This document shows, piece by piece, positions 1-21,776 of a DNA stretch of 64,000 bases. The notes below the pieces were generated by a model. That model was not told where the DNA came from and searched no databases. It was given only the letters and a program-made list of their open reading frames with translations. Within the stretch, counting starts at the first letter, position 1. Every line of letters begins with the position of its first letter. The position numbers and the translations under genes were made by a program. Origin of the DNA: the human T2T-CHM13v2.0 reference genome, Homo sapiens; NCBI RefSeq assembly GCF_009914755.1, contig NC_060936.1. The stretch is one strand, 5' to 3'.

Positions 1-147
<147 letters not shown>

Positions 148-379
148 TAGCCCAAGGGACATTCTTCATGACTCGACAGTGGGACTCCTTCTTCTAGCAC
201 CCTTCCCTGGTTCCTCAAACTGAACTTCCTCTTTTCTGGGTTTTCACAGCACGTCAGGCTCACCTGTTCTTCACACTGTCCCCTAACTGCTGGTTAGAGT
301 TGTCTTCCCAGTTGACTCTGAACTTTGAAAGAAGAACCCTATTTTCTTAATCACTGCATTTCTTGCATAACACAGCTAG

Positions 380-719
<340 letters not shown>

Positions 720-1532
720 TAAAGAATCAATAGTAATCATAATAGTTATAATTTACTGTACACTTATGTGCAGTCATTGTACTAAGTAGCTTTACACATA
801 TTCTTACATTTAATTCTCAGAATGACTCTATGGATTGCATTATTATAACCTCATGTTACAGATGAGGAAACTGAGGCTCAGAGAAGTAATATAACTAGCT
901 CAAGATTGCCTGCCTACTAAGAGGCAGAGCTGGGGCACAGCCCCAGGCCTGAAATCACAGCAGAATGCAGTCTTGTGCATGACGCCATGTGAGGCACTAC
1001 GGGATACAGGGAAAGGGTAAAATGTTGACTCTGCACACCAGGAACTTGCATTCTGAGCAGAAAGACAAGATAAGCATGTGCCAGAGACCGTGAGTGTCCA
1101 GAACACAAAGGCTGGGAGGTTTTCTCTCAGGAGCAGTTGGCCTTCAAGGCCAGGGAGCGTGGATAGTTGGAGAGAAGGCTTTGTTATCACCAGATCTGGA
1201 AATCTCAGGTCTCCCTGTATCCAGGTAGCGCCCACCACAGATGACAGCCTTGCTCTTGAAAGCCTGGCATCCCCCATTCATCCTACGAGGATGCATTGTA
1301 CATCTGCTGTGTGCTAAGATCTGGTCTCTGCCTCGAAGAGCTCAAAACCAGCAAGAAAACCAGAGAAAACAATAGCATAATCCATGTGTGCTGGGGGAAG
1401 CACAGGGGGCTGCTATAGAGGGGGCGCCTGTGCCAAGTTGCAGGGAGGGATTAGGGAAGACTTCCTGGAGGAGGTTATAAATAATTAGAGCCCCCCAAAA
1501 TGGGAAGAGCCACCAGGTGAGAGGGAAGGGCA

Positions 1533-2850
<1,318 letters not shown>

Positions 2851-2962
2851 TAAAAAAAGAGAGAGAGAGGCCCGGCGCGGTGGCTCACGCCTGTAATCCC
2901 AGCACTTTGGGAAGCCGAGGTGGGCGGATCACGAGGTCAGGAGATCGAGACCATCCTGGCTA

Positions 2963-3325
<363 letters not shown>

Positions 3326-4002
3326 CTACATTAAAAAAAAAAAAAAAAAAAGGAAGAAGAAGAAGGGAGGGGGTACAGGTTGCTTTCAGAAAAGCTGAGA
3401 GGAGACCAGCCTGGCCAACATGGTGAAACCCCATCTCTACTAAAAGTACAAAAATTAGCCAAGCGTGGTAGTGCACACCTGTAATCCCAGCTACTAGGGA
3501 GGCTGAGGCAGGAGAATCGCTTGAACCCAGGAGGTGGAGGCTTCAGTGAGCTGAGATCGCATCACCGCACTCCAGCCTGGGTGACAGAGCAAGACTCCAT
3601 CTCAAAAAAAAAAAAAAAAAAAATGCTGAGAGGTGAGAGAGAGAGTGCGCCAGCTGCACTTGAGGGGCTGAAAAGATCTGTGTAGTTGGAGCACAGAGGT
3701 TGGGAGTTAGCCTGAGAGATATGGCTGGAGATGTCAGCTGGCGCCAGATCAGGGAGGGCCATGAGGCTGTGTCAGGATATTGGAGATTTTTCCAGTGGAG
3801 AGCTGTGGGAGGTTTACGCAGCGGTCAGATCCGCAGATTAGAACACTCTCGCTGGCTGCTGTGTCCATGGATTGGAGAGGGCGGAATGGATGGGGGACCA
3901 GCACAGAGTTGGGGCAGTGGCAACAGGGTGGGGTCTGAAGGCAGCAACCTGGGGAGGCCTCTGGCTGCTGCTTGCTCCCCAGCTGCTCCTCTACCCTTCT
4001 AG

Positions 4003-4028
4003 AGTTTGTCCGGATGATGTCCCGCTGA
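4003..4028 (+). CDS. CABP1: Calcium-binding protein 1, last coding exon (..E-FVRMMSR*)
   Basis: Pyrimidine tract and ttctag acceptor (AG 4001-4002), then AG TTT GTC CGG ATG ATG TCC CGC TGA. This matches the CaBP1 C-terminus (EF-hand 4, EEFVRMMSR) as recalled. The position upstream of MLEC fits known gene order. Earlier exons lie outside the window. Confidence 0.9.
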
Positions 4029-4460
4029 GGCCGCGAGGGCCCCTCCAGGACTGCCAAGCTCCCAAAGGCGGGGCTAAGAGGAGCTAGAGCTTGCCTCACC
4101 CGCTGTAGCCGCCGAGAGCCCAGGATGTACTGGCGGATGGGGCCTGCCTGCACCCCGGGGAGGCGCCCACCCCGGACCCCCACCCCTCCGCACTGTGAAA
4201 GACTAACTCCTGCAACTGGAAAGCGGGGGCGCCCGCCGACGAGGAGGCCACCGTGCCAAGCCGGCAGAGGTCATGCCAGGCGCCAAGGGCCATGTGCCCA
4301 GCTGCTGCTGGCTGGGTGGGCCAGGGAGCCCGCCAGCAGACCCCACACAGCATGTCCGCCCCAGGGCAAAGCCTCCCACCTTCGCTCTGCGCCCGTCCCA
4401 GCTCGCCTCAGCCCTGTTATCTCAGAACCAATAAAAATATTTCCAAGAGCAAGACAGCCG
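4029..4460 (+). other. CABP1: CABP1 3' UTR with polyadenylation signal
   Basis: GC-rich UTR after TGA; AATAAA at 4430-4435 with T-rich sequence downstream. The 3' end is approximate. Confidence 0.8.
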
Positions 4461-4539
4461 TGATGGTCTTTCCTCCTTGGGCCTGGTTAGATGACCCTCA
4501 CATTTCCTGAGTACCAACTGCATGCCCAGAACCTGCTGA

Positions 4540-4842
<303 letters not shown>

Positions 4843-5974
4843 TGATCTCAAGGGATCTGCCTGCCTTGGCCTCCCAAAGTGCTGGGATTCCAGGCGTGAG
4901 TCTCCATGCCTGGCCAACATGCATTTATTGAGTACCTATTATGTACTCAGTGACTTCCATTCTCATCCGTGGGCCAGAACCTGGGACTGCTAAGGGAGAC
5001 TGAAGAATGTAGTTAGTTATTTAGCTGGGTACTCAGCTTCCCCAAACAAAATCAGGTTCTATAAGAAGAGAAGCATCCAGCAGAGTCTGTATCACTTCTG
5101 ACTTTCTGGAACTTTTATACTGGTTGGAGAGACAGGCATGAGAGAAACACATCATATAGGATTACAAATTGTGATACTGCTATTGAGGAAAAATATAGGG
5201 ACCTTCGGCAGGATATACTAAGGAGGCCTGGCCTCCTGTAGGGAGGTCAGAAAAGGCTTGCCCAGTGAAGTGATGTCAAGGGTTTTGCTCTGGAGGAAGT
5301 CCCAGTGTGTGTGGACAGACATAGACACAGCTGCCACTGGCTGCGCGCCGTGGCTCATGCCTGTAATCCCAGCACTCTGGGGAGGCTGAGGCGGGAGGAT
5401 CACCTGAGTTCAGGAGTTCAAGACTAACCTGACCAACGTGGCCTGTCTCTACAAAAATAGAAAAATTAGCCGGGCGTGGTGGCATGCACCTAGAGTCCCA
5501 GCTTCAGGAGAATCGCTTGAACCCAGGAGGTGGAGGCTGCAGTGGGCCGAGATCATGCCACTGGGTGACGGAGCGAGACTCCGTCTAAAAAAAGAAAGAA
5601 ATAGCTGCCATCCTCTCTGCTGAGTGGGAGGAAGATGTGTAGCCAATAGGCCCAGGGTTTGCTTGCTGTGTGACTTAGGGCCAGTCGCGTCCCCTTTCTG
5701 AAGCTCAGTTTCTTCCTGTGTAATGTGGGGATGATAAAGGATGGGGTCAGTGCATAGCAAGTGCCCTCAGGGCATTGCACCACACGGCACACCCCAGGGA
5801 CTGCTATTCAGACTGCAGTGGAATCATGCAATTGAAAAGACCCATTGTAATTCGTTTCTATAAGTGAAGTCTTAAAGCAGCCCAAAGGAGAAATCTGTGG
5901 GTAGAAGTTGTCGAGTCTTAGACAGGCTTGGAGCGTACTTGGGCAGGTGTGTGGGGTGGCCGGTGTACCTCAAG

Positions 5975-6160
5975 CCATTGGTTCCCAAATCTTAGCATAC
6001 AGCAGAATTGCCTGGAGCATTTGTGAAGCCCAGATCTGGGCCACCCCCGCAGTGATTCTGATCCCATGTCTGGGGCGCAGTCCATGAATTTGCATCTCTT
6101 ACAAGTTCCCAGAGGATGCTGATGCTGCCAGTCCATGGACAACAACCTGAATAGCACTGC
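5975..6160. mobile_element. MER5A-like hAT-Charlie DNA transposon relic
   Basis: 'gaatttgcatctcttacaagttcccagaggatgctgatgctgc' resembles the MER5A consensus. Confidence 0.7.
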
Positions 6161-7145
6161 TGTAAACCCCAGACACAAGGGAGGCTGGTGTGCCTCCAGG
6201 CAGCCAGGGGAGGCTGCGGGGTTGATGGCTGGGGGTGGGAGGTGGGCAGAGCATCCGCTGCCCGCTGTGCTGCCGCAGAGGGAGGATCCTTATTCTCAGA
6301 CCTGGCAGGGAATGTGCAGGATCGTGGGCCCCAGCCAGAGGCCCGGGTAATCCTCACGTTCCCGAGGTCAGTGGGGCTGGGAGCTCCAAATTCACTCTAA
6401 TAATCCAATTCTGAGACTAAGCCCTTGGCTCTGTGCCCTGCTAGGCAAGCCTGCAGCCCTGCCTGCCTCTGTACTAGCTTGGCTCCGCCCAGAGACTCCA
6501 GAGTTTCACTGTTTCAGAAACACAGTGGCCTTGGAGGGCAACCTGCGGGAAGAGGGCTTCTGTAGACATCTCTATCGGCTGGCAGGGTGAGCCCCCAGGA
6601 ACACCACTCAGGATAGACTTAGGGATAAACTAGGACTTCTTTGTCCCCAGTGTGTGGCTGCCTAAAATCAAAGAAGTGGCAAGCCTGGCCAACATGGTGA
6701 AACCCCGTCTGTACTAAAAATACAAAAATTAGCCAGGCGTAGTGGGGCATGACTGTAATCTCAGCTATTAGGGAGTCTGAGGCAAGAGAATTGCTTGAAC
6801 ACGAGAGGCGGAGGTTGCAGTGAGCCGAGATCACGCCACTTCACCCCAGCCTGGGTGACACAGGGAGACTCTGTCTGAAAAAAAAAAAAAGAATCATAGA
6901 TATGCCAGTTGTGATAAAGGAAATGGAGAATGTAGTCAGGCTACTGTTCAGAGGCCCCTTAATGCTCAGGGTAAGGGGAGGCCCAGGGCAGTCCTCCTGC
7001 CTCCTCCCCTGCTGAAGCTAGGACTCCTCCCCAGTAATTTGTCTTTTTGTTGGTTTGTTCATTTTAAAATTATTTTTATTTGCTTTTGTTTTTTGTTTTG
7101 GCTCCCGCCAGGAAACGTTTTTTTTTCTTTCTTTCTTTGTTTTAG

Positions 7146-7301
<156 letters not shown>

Positions 7302-7588
7302 TAGAGACAGGGTCTCAATCTGTTGTCCAGGCTGTCTTGAACTCCTGGCCTCAAGGGATCCTTCCACCTCAGCTTCCCAAAGTGCTGGGATTACAGGCGT
7401 GAGCCACAGTGCCCAGCAACTTGTCTTATATTTTGGGGTTCCTAGTATGACTGTTTGAAGAAAGGGGTCTGAGACTTTTCAAGGACTGAGATGCACTTTC
7501 CTAGCCAAGAGTTCTTTCTGCAACCTGCACCACTACCTTCCCTGCTGGGGAGCTCTGGGTGTGTCATCTTAGAAAAGCTCTTTGTCTA

Positions 7589-7909
<321 letters not shown>

Positions 7910-8989
7910 TTATTGCACCTGGATTTGCCTCCTGCTGACTCATAAAGGCCAATTTGTCTGCTCATTCATGCACACATGCACTTGATGTTTATTGAGCTCC
8001 TACTATGTGCCAGGCCCCATGCAAGACTTCCTGTCCTCAAGGAGTTCAGACTCTAGCAGGGCAAACAGATCAGAAACCAGAGAAATGTAATCTAGTGGCC
8101 TAAGTGCTACATATTAGTAGTACCCACTAGGTTAGCCTAGAGCCCTGGAGGTACATAAAAGGCACCCGATTCAATCTGGTGGGTGGGTGTGGGGAGGAAT
8201 GGACAGATCTACTAGGACCTCAAGGATCAGCAGTGCTTAGTTAGGAGAGGTGGGCATGGTGGCTCATGCCTGCAATCCCAGCACTTCGGGAGGCCAAGGC
8301 TGGCGGATCACTTGAGGTCAGGAGTTCGAGACCAGCCTGGCCAAATGGTGAAACACCGTCTCTACTAAAAATACAAAAATTAGCCAGGCATGGTGGTGCG
8401 CGCCTGCAATCCCAGCTACTCGGGAGGCTGAGCAGGAGAATCACTTGGGAGGCAGAGGCTGCAGTGAGCCGAGATTGCGCCACTGCACTCCAGCCTGGGC
8501 AACAGAGCAAGAAATAGCAACCACTATTTCTGGTCTGGGAATAGCATATGCAAAGGCCCCGAGGTAAGGGAGAGTGTGGCCCTTTTGGGAAACTAAGTGG
8601 AATTTTGTCTAACTGATGTACTGGGCTGGAGAGAGGAGCAGAGAGAGGTGACGCTCAACAGGGAGGCAGGACCCCATCCCTCCGCAGACCTTGGAGTGTG
8701 GAGAGGCTCAGATGGGAACTCTGAGGGGCTGCCTTCTGGCATTAGCCAGGCCCACGGCCACAGAAACGCTGGTGCTATGAAGGGCTCACCTTTGGGGACA
8801 AATCTGTCCAGAAGATAGAAGAAAACCCAGGCAGCTGAGGGTAGCCAGGAGGCGTCCCCATAGCAGTGTGGTTAAAAGCATGAGTTCTGATCAAAAAGCA
8901 GAGAGCTAGGCTGGGTGCAGTGGATTGCACCTGTAATCCCAGTGCTTTGGGAGGCTGAGGTGGGAGGATCACTTGAAGCCAGGGGTTCA

Positions 8990-9424
<435 letters not shown>

Positions 9425-9455
9425 TCAAATGGCTCATATTCTTCAAAGCAAATTA

Positions 9456-9755
<300 letters not shown>

Positions 9756-10041
9756 TCAAAAGAGACTAAAAAGTATCGTGTTTTAAAAAGTGGGCCTGAC
9801 TAAATGATAGTATGTAGGGATGTGCACTTGGGTGAAAAAAAAAAAAAAACCACAAAGAAACCCAAGGGAGGCTGGGCGCAGTGGCTCACGTCTGTCATCC
9901 CAGTACTTTGGGAGGCTGAGGTGGGTGGATCACTTGAGGTCATGAGTTCAAGACCAGCCTGGCCAACATGGCGAAAACCCGTCTCTACTAAAAACACAAA
10001 AACTAGCCAGGCATGGTGGTGTGCGCCTGCAATCTCAGCTA

Positions 10042-10176
<135 letters not shown>

Positions 10177-11712
10177 TTAAAAAGAAACCCAAGGGAATTA
10201 TTACTATAAAAGTCAGGAAAGTGGTTGCTTTTAGAGAGAAGGAGGGAAAAAGCTATGATTGCAAAGGGGCACAGAGAGGAGCTTCTGGGGTGTCTGACAA
10301 AGTTCTATTTCTTAACAAGTAAGGTGATTACAAGAGTGCTTGCTTCATGATAATTCACCAAGTTGTACAATTGTTCTGTGTGGTTTTCTGTGTCTTATTT
10401 TACAATAAAAAAAATATCTAAAAAGGCCTGGCGTGGTGGCTCACACCTGTAATCCCAGCGCTTTGGGAGGCTGAGGTGGGAAGATCACGAGGTCAGGAGA
10501 TCGAGACCATCCTGGCTAACATGGTGAAACCCCGTCTCTACTAAAAATACAAAAAATTAGCCGGGCATGGTGGCAGGCACCTGCAGTCCTAGCTACGTGG
10601 GAGGCTGAGGCAGGAGAATCGCTTGAACCCGGGAGGCGGAGTTTACAGTGAGCCGAGATCGTGCCACTCACTGCACTCCAGCCTGGGTGACAGGGCGAGA
10701 CTCCATCTCAAAAAAAAGAAAAAAAAGTCTAAAAAAAACCAAGTGCAGGTTCAGGAGCCAGCTATCTGGTTTCCAATCTGAGCTCTACTACTTATCAGCC
10801 GCGTCATCTTGGGTAGGTTATAAGACTCTTGAGGTCTCAGCTTCCTCATCTGTAAAATGGAGATGATGTTATAGGGAGGCAGGAATTCTACTACTAAACC
10901 ACCAGTGCTTCCTGACCAGGGGGATGATGTGATAGGGTTGTTCTGAAGATGAAACAAATTATTCTATGTGAAGCCTTTGGAATAGTGCCTGGCACGCAGT
11001 AAGCATCGTAAATGTTTTTGCTGCCTGGTGTGGTGGCTCATGCCTGTAATTCCAGCACTTTGGAAGGCCAAAGTGAGAGGATCGTTTGAGCCCAGGAGTT
11101 TGAGACCAGCCTGGGCAACACAGCAAGACCCCATCTCTATTTTAAAAAATTAAAAATTAGCCAGGGATGGTGGTGGGAATCTGTGGTCCCAGCTACTCAG
11201 GAGGCTGAGGCACAGGGATCACTTGAGCCCAAGAAGTTGAGGCTGCAGTGAACCATGTTCGTGCCACTGCACTCCAACCTGGATGATGGAACGAGGCCAT
11301 ATCTCAAAACAAAAAATTAAATAGAAGTATTCACTATCATTCTTGTCGGTTGTTATTCTCCAGTTGCCTACCACTCTCTCCCATGTGTCATCACGCCTCA
11401 GCGATTCCTTCTCAAGAAAAGGAGAAGAGAAAGTTGGGCATGGCATTCTTGAATGGCTATGGCAGAACCTCTTATTGACAGTGACAAGATAATCACAGCT
11501 TAAATCTGGGATCTGGCCCTAGACCAGGGAGGGGCTGTCTGCAAGGCAGCCCTGATCCTGCTGTGCCTGTAGCAGGAACTGCAGGGCTGGAGTATCCTTT
11601 CATCTCCCTGGAGGTGCCTGCTGCTTGCTTCTGCACTCCAGCTAATGGTTGTCTTTCCTACAGAGGGGACAGGGGTCTGAGTATCATGATTGAGGGATGA
11701 GCTCTGGTGTTA

Positions 11713-12140
<428 letters not shown>

Positions 12141-12179
12141 TCACTGTTTATTTTTATTTTTAGTTTTTTTAAACATTAG

Positions 12180-12626
<447 letters not shown>

Positions 12627-12909
12627 TAGCTAGATCCTTCTCATTTCTGGAGTTGAACTTAAATGTCTTTTTCTTGACTTATCTTTTGAAGGAAGGACAG
12701 AAGTCACCACCACAGCTCATTTGTATTCTTCAGAGCACACATGAAATCTCTGGCCTGACATATTTATTGTACGACAATATGTTTGTATCTGCTTATTGTT
12801 TGAGGCTCCCTCCCCCTCACTAGAATGTAAGCTCCATGTTGGTAGAGACCATTTCTACCTTGTCCAGCATAGTGTCTTCAGTGTCTAGTAGGCACTTAGC
12901 AATGATTTA

Positions 12910-13246
<337 letters not shown>

Positions 13247-13249
13247 CTA

Positions 13250-13400
13250 GACTCTGCTGTCCAATATGGTAGCCACTAGCCATATGTGACTATTTAAATG
13301 AATTAAAATTAAACAAAGAATTAGTTCCCCAGACATACCAGTCACATATCACCTGTTCAATAGGCACATGTGGTGTGGATAGACTACCTTCCCATCATGG
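13250..13400. mobile_element. MER3/MER33-like hAT relic
   Basis: 'ctgtccaatatggtagccactagccatatgtgactatttaaat' terminal motif. Confidence 0.65.
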
Positions 13401-14130
13401 CAGAATGCTCTTGTCTGGAGGGGCAGCTGACAAGTAACCTGGCCATTTATAATCCAACGTGCAGGTGTGGCTATAGGACTCGTTACCTCCCCAATGTGTC
13501 TGGATCTAGGAAAGAAACTGAAAAGAATAAAACAGCTGCTTTCTTTCTTCTTCTTCTTTTTTTTTTTGAGACAGAGTTTTGCTCTTGTTGCCCAGGCTGG
13601 AGCATGATGATGTGATCTCGGCTCATCACAACCTCCGCCTCCCGGGTTGAAGCGATTCTCTTGCCTCAGCCTCCTGAGTAGCTGGGATTACAGGCATGCG
13701 CCACCACACCCGGCTAATTTTGTATTTTTAGTAAAGATGGGGTCTCTCCATGTTGGTCAGGCTGGCCTTGAACTCCCGACTTCAGGTGATCCGCCTGCCT
13801 CAGCCTCCCAAAGTGTTGGGATTACAGGCATCAGCCACCGCACCCGGTCAGCTTTATTTATTTCTGAGTATGTGTACTTTAGTCCTTTTTATTCACCATC
13901 TCACTCTGTCTTTACACCTCATTTCCAGGTGAGGAAACTTAGGTTCAGAGAAGGAATGTGACTTGCCAAGCTTACACTGACAGTGGATAGTAAAGACCCT
14001 CCTGGCATTCCTGACTCAACAATTGTGTCCTTAACACAATGTAAAAAGTCTGGGAGATGATGATATAGGCAGCTAACAAGCCGAGTGCAGTGGTACACGT
14101 CTGTAATCCTAGCTACTTGGGATCAGTTAA

Positions 14131-14470
<340 letters not shown>

Positions 14471-16032
14471 TAAAGTGCTGGGATTACAGGCATGAGCCAC
14501 TATGCCCAGCCTTCTTTTTTTTTTTTTTTTTTTTTTTTTGAGACAGAGTCTCTGTTGCCCAGGCTGGAGTACAGTGGTACGATCTTGGCTCACTGAAGCC
14601 TCTGCCTCCTGGGCTCAAGTGATCCTCCCACCTCAGCCTCCCAAGTAGTTGGGACTACTGGCATGCGCCACAATGCTCAGCTATTGTTTTTATTTTTTGT
14701 AGAGATGGGAGTGGGGGGTGTCTCACGATGTTGCCCAGGCTAGTATTGAACTCCTGGGCTCAAGCGATCCACCTGCCTCAGCCTCCTGAAGTGTTGGAAT
14801 TATAGGCGTGAGCCACAGCGCCCAGCTGAAGTTGCTTTCTATCGTACTCATTGCAACTCTAGGAGGCTGAAAGTTATCACCATCTCATTCACAGATGAGG
14901 AAACCAAGGTGCAGAAGGGAAATGATTTGTCCAAGGCCACCCAGAAGGGAAGGCACTTGTTTTTTCTGTTCTCTGCCTAGACAATGAGCACACTGGGCCT
15001 GGCTGGCTTCTTCGCTGTGACTCATATCCTCTTGGGGGACATGAAGACACACCAAGTCCATTCTCCCTCCTGCGAAGTTGGGGACCCGGCCAGGTTTCTC
15101 AGTTCGAGTTGCACCCTGGGGGCCAGGACCAGCAGACACGGTGGGCTGGCTCCCCACCTCTCTGGATGGCTCTGGTCCCTCTGTGGTCTAACTCCCAGAG
15201 GCCCAAGGTGAGCAAACTTGGTCTTGGGACCAAACCACCCACCTCAGAGTTTCAGGGCTGGCAGGACTGGCTCCCACCCCTGCCTTGTGTTTGCCTTTTG
15301 AACTTTTGTTGTGAGTTTATCTTTAAGGGGGAAAAATATCCCATAAACTTAAAAATAGGCAGGACTTAATTAATAGTACGCTTTGTTCTTCTGATCCTTA
15401 TCTGGACAGGAAGACACAACCCTTTTCAGTTTTATGGGTCAAGGTGAAATTGCCTCTCGGGGCTCAAACACAGCTGCTGCACCTTCCCCTTTTGAACTCT
15501 GGTTCCCTTTGGTTTTTTCTCCCTTGGGGAGAAGGGTATTTCCCACTCCTTAGCCTCAGCACTTCATCAAGGTCTTTTCTATTTATCAGATTGCCAGCGG
15601 TACCTGTTATAATTATTTCTTCATACATAATTAATAGCTTCTGTGCACTGAGGACTTCTATGGGCCAGGCACGCTGTGAATGGCTCCTAACAGCCCCACA
15701 TGGTAGGTCTTCTAATTATATCCATTGTACAAGTGAGACAACTGAGGCCCAGAGAGGAGAAACGACTTTCCAAGGGCCACACAGCTCTAAGAAGTGGAGC
15801 TAGGCTTTAAATCCAGGTCTCTATGCCCCAAACACCCACGACTATGATTTACTGATCACTTAGCTACGTGCTCAATGGTCCCACAATGCTAATTTTAAAA
15901 ACCACATCCTGGACGGGCGTGGTGACACATGCCTGTAATCCCAGTACTTTGGGATGCTGAGGGGGGGCAGATCACTTGAGGTCAGGGGTTCGAGACCAGC
16001 CTGGCCAACATGGTGAAACCTTGTCTCTACTA

Positions 16033-16221
<189 letters not shown>

Positions 16222-16788
16222 TTAATTTTTTGTTTATTTAAAATATGTTTTCTTATTTTTAACAGTCCTACAAGGTGGGCACAATTATTCTCTCCATCCC
16301 ACAAATGAAGAAACTAAGGATCAAAGAGGTGAATTCATTTACCCAAAGTCACACAGTGACTAATGGCAGAGCTGTGATTTGCACCAAACTATGTTTGCTA
16401 CATAGCCAGGCTCAAAGGAAAAGAAGTATATTAGATGCCAAAACATTGGATTCTGGCTGTTCATTGTGTGACTTTGGACAAATCCCTCAACTCTCTGAGC
16501 TTTAGCTTCTCATCTGCAAAAAAGGGAACATGACCTAGTTTTCCAACGTTTTGAGGTCATTAAGAGCATCGGATAAGTAGGAACCAATGATTATTGAGAA
16601 GCTGCTCTGTCAGGACCTGGGTTTATATGCCTTATATCAGTTTTGGATGAAATTTTGGTGAATTTTGGGCTGGGCGCAGTGGCTCATGCCTGTAATCTCA
16701 GCACTTTGAGAAGCCGAGGTGGGCGGATCACCTGAGGTCGGGAGTTCAAGACCAGTAAGACCAACATGGAGAAACCCCGTCTCTACTA

Positions 16789-17027
<239 letters not shown>

Positions 17028-18304
17028 TCATGCCTGAAATCCCAATACTTGGGGAGACTGAGGTGGGCGGATCACTTGAGGTCTGGAGTTTGAGACCAGC
17101 CTGGCCAACATGGTGAAACCCCATCTCTACTAGAAGTACAAAAATTAGCCAGATGTGGTGGCACATACCTGTAATCCCAGCTACTCAAGGAGGCTGGGGC
17201 AGGAGAATTGCTTGAATCCGGGAGGCAGAGGCTGCAGTGAGCAGAAATCACACCACTGCACTCCAACCTGGGCAACAGAGTAAGACTCTGTATGGGAAAA
17301 AGAAAAATTCTCTTCCATGTCGTCTGCATTTTCTACAAAAAGTGTATCTTTCTTCCACAGAGAAAAATAACTGCTGCCCATTTAAGAACTACCTATTTAG
17401 TCCTTACATCAATGTGGTGTGCGTTTCAGGAGAAAGGAGACTCAGCAAGAAAGGAAGTGATGTGACTGGGAAGCCGCTGAGGAAGGAACTGAACCCAGCT
17501 CTGTCTGACCCCCAAATCTTGGTTCCTGTTACTCTAACGAGGGCAAGTCCTCCATCCTGAGAGAGTGCTGGAGGATTTGCAGAAATGTTTGCAGCAAACC
17601 AGCCCCAGCTGAAAGAGGTGGGAATGCAGCCGCCCCAAGTGTTTCTGGGCTCTCAGATGGGGATGACCTTCCACAGCAGGGAGGGGAAATGGGAGACTGG
17701 AGCCCAAATTCCTCATTGTCTACAGAGAAATGGCCTGGGTCCAGGGCCACCTGGGGACTGACACTCTTCTCAGCTTTCCCAGGGCTCAGACTCCATGCCT
17801 TCTGCATGGTCTATCCTGAGAGCAAACCTGGGGTTATCTGGGGACCCCTCTGGGTCAGTGCTTTTGGATATAATCCTGCCCTGGGTTCAGGCCCTCTAGC
17901 CTGACTCTGGCCTTTTTGTCTTCTGCCCCCAACCCTATCAAGGCTCATGCCTGTAATCCCAGCACTTTGGGAGGCCGAGGCAGGAGGAGAACCCAGGAGT
18001 TTGAGACCAGCCTGGGCAATATAGCAAAAGACCTCATCTCTACAAAAAAAAAGAAAAAAAAATTCAGTGGGGCATGGTGGCACATGCATCTAGTCCCAGT
18101 TACTAGGGAGACTAAGGTGGGAGGATCCCTTGAGCCCGGGAGGTAGAGGCTGCAGTGACCCAGGATTATGTCACTGTACTCCAGCCTGGGCAACAGAAGG
18201 AAACCCTGTCTCAAAAAAAAAAAAAAAAAAAAAAAAAAAAGGACCGGGCGCAGTGGCTCACGCCTGTAATCCCAGCACTTTGGGAGGCCAAAGTGGGTGG
18301 ATCA

Positions 18305-18841
<537 letters not shown>

Positions 18842-18904
18842 TGATCCGTCTGCTTTGGCCTCCCAAAGTGCTGGGATTACAGGCATGAGCCACTGTGCCT
18901 GGCC

Positions 18905-19342
<438 letters not shown>

Positions 19343-19790
19343 ATTTTATCAAGAGTTCCTAAAAGCGTATATCTGGGACCAGGTGCAGTGGCTTATGCCT
19401 GTAATACCAGCACTCTGGGAGGCCGAGGTGTGAGGACTGCTTGAGCCCAGGAGTTCGAACCAGCTTGGGCAACATCGCAAAAGACCCCATCTCTACAAAA
19501 AAATAAAAAAATTAGTGGGGCATGGTGGCACATGCCTCTAGTTCCAGTTACTTGGGTGGCTGAGGTAGGAGTATCCCTTGAGCCTGGGAGATCGAGGCTG
19601 CAGTGACCCATGATTGTGCCACTGTACTCCAGACTGGGCAATGGAACGAGACCCTGTCTCATAAAAAAAAAAAAAAAAGAAAAAAAAAACATAGATCTAG
19701 CAGCTTCTTACAGTACAAGGTGGGGGGTACAAGTTCAGAAGGCAAGAACTCAAGAGACTTTCTTTCTTTCTTTTTTTTTTTTTTTTTTGA

Positions 19791-19895
<105 letters not shown>

Positions 19896-20129
19896 TGAAT
19901 AGCTGGGATTACAGGCATGCACCACCATGCCCGGCTAATTTTGTATTTTTAGTAGAGATGCGGTTTCTCCATGTTGGTCAGGCTGGTCTTGAACTCCCAA
20001 CCTCAGGTGATCCACTCACCTCGGCCTTCCAAAGTGCTAGGATTACAGGCGTGAGCCACCGTGCCCGGCCGAGACTTTCATTTCAGAGTAGCAATCGGTT
20101 GAGTGCCTTGGCTTGTGCCAGGCATGAAT

Positions 20130-20500
20130 CTGTCAAAAATAAAATCAGATCAAGTTAAAATTTCAGGAGTTGATTGTGCATACAAAGGAAGAGTCTGTGA
20201 ATCGGGAGATTACAAGATTGGCAAGAAGTCTGAATTGACAGCAGTTGTAGCACAAGAGGAAGTATTTTGACCCTTTACATGATTGGCTGATATATATTTT
20301 TTCAAAGGCAAATAGAGCTGCTTAAGCTGGTTTGTCTATGGCTGATTGGTTTAATTCTGTGGAATCATGCTAATAAGGGAAGAAAACTTATTCTTGTGCT
20401 TTGTTTATGTTTAGAGTTAGCATTTTGGAAAATCAGGTGCTAAAATTTTGGTTATGTGGCTATGGTGGTTGGTCTCGGAGTATCTAAACAATTGTTTCAG
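20130..20500 (-). mobile_element. Probable ERV1-type solo LTR fragment
   Basis: Begins 'tgtcaaaaataaaatcagatc' (reverse complement ends ...tttttgaca) and contains two gattgg boxes. Family uncertain. Confidence 0.35.
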
Positions 20501-20582
20501 CTCTTTATCAATTCTAATGACTTTATTATATGCATTACCACCTTCTCCTCCTCTTCTTCATGCGGTTTTATTACCTTCTTTA

Positions 20583-21776
<1,194 letters not shown>
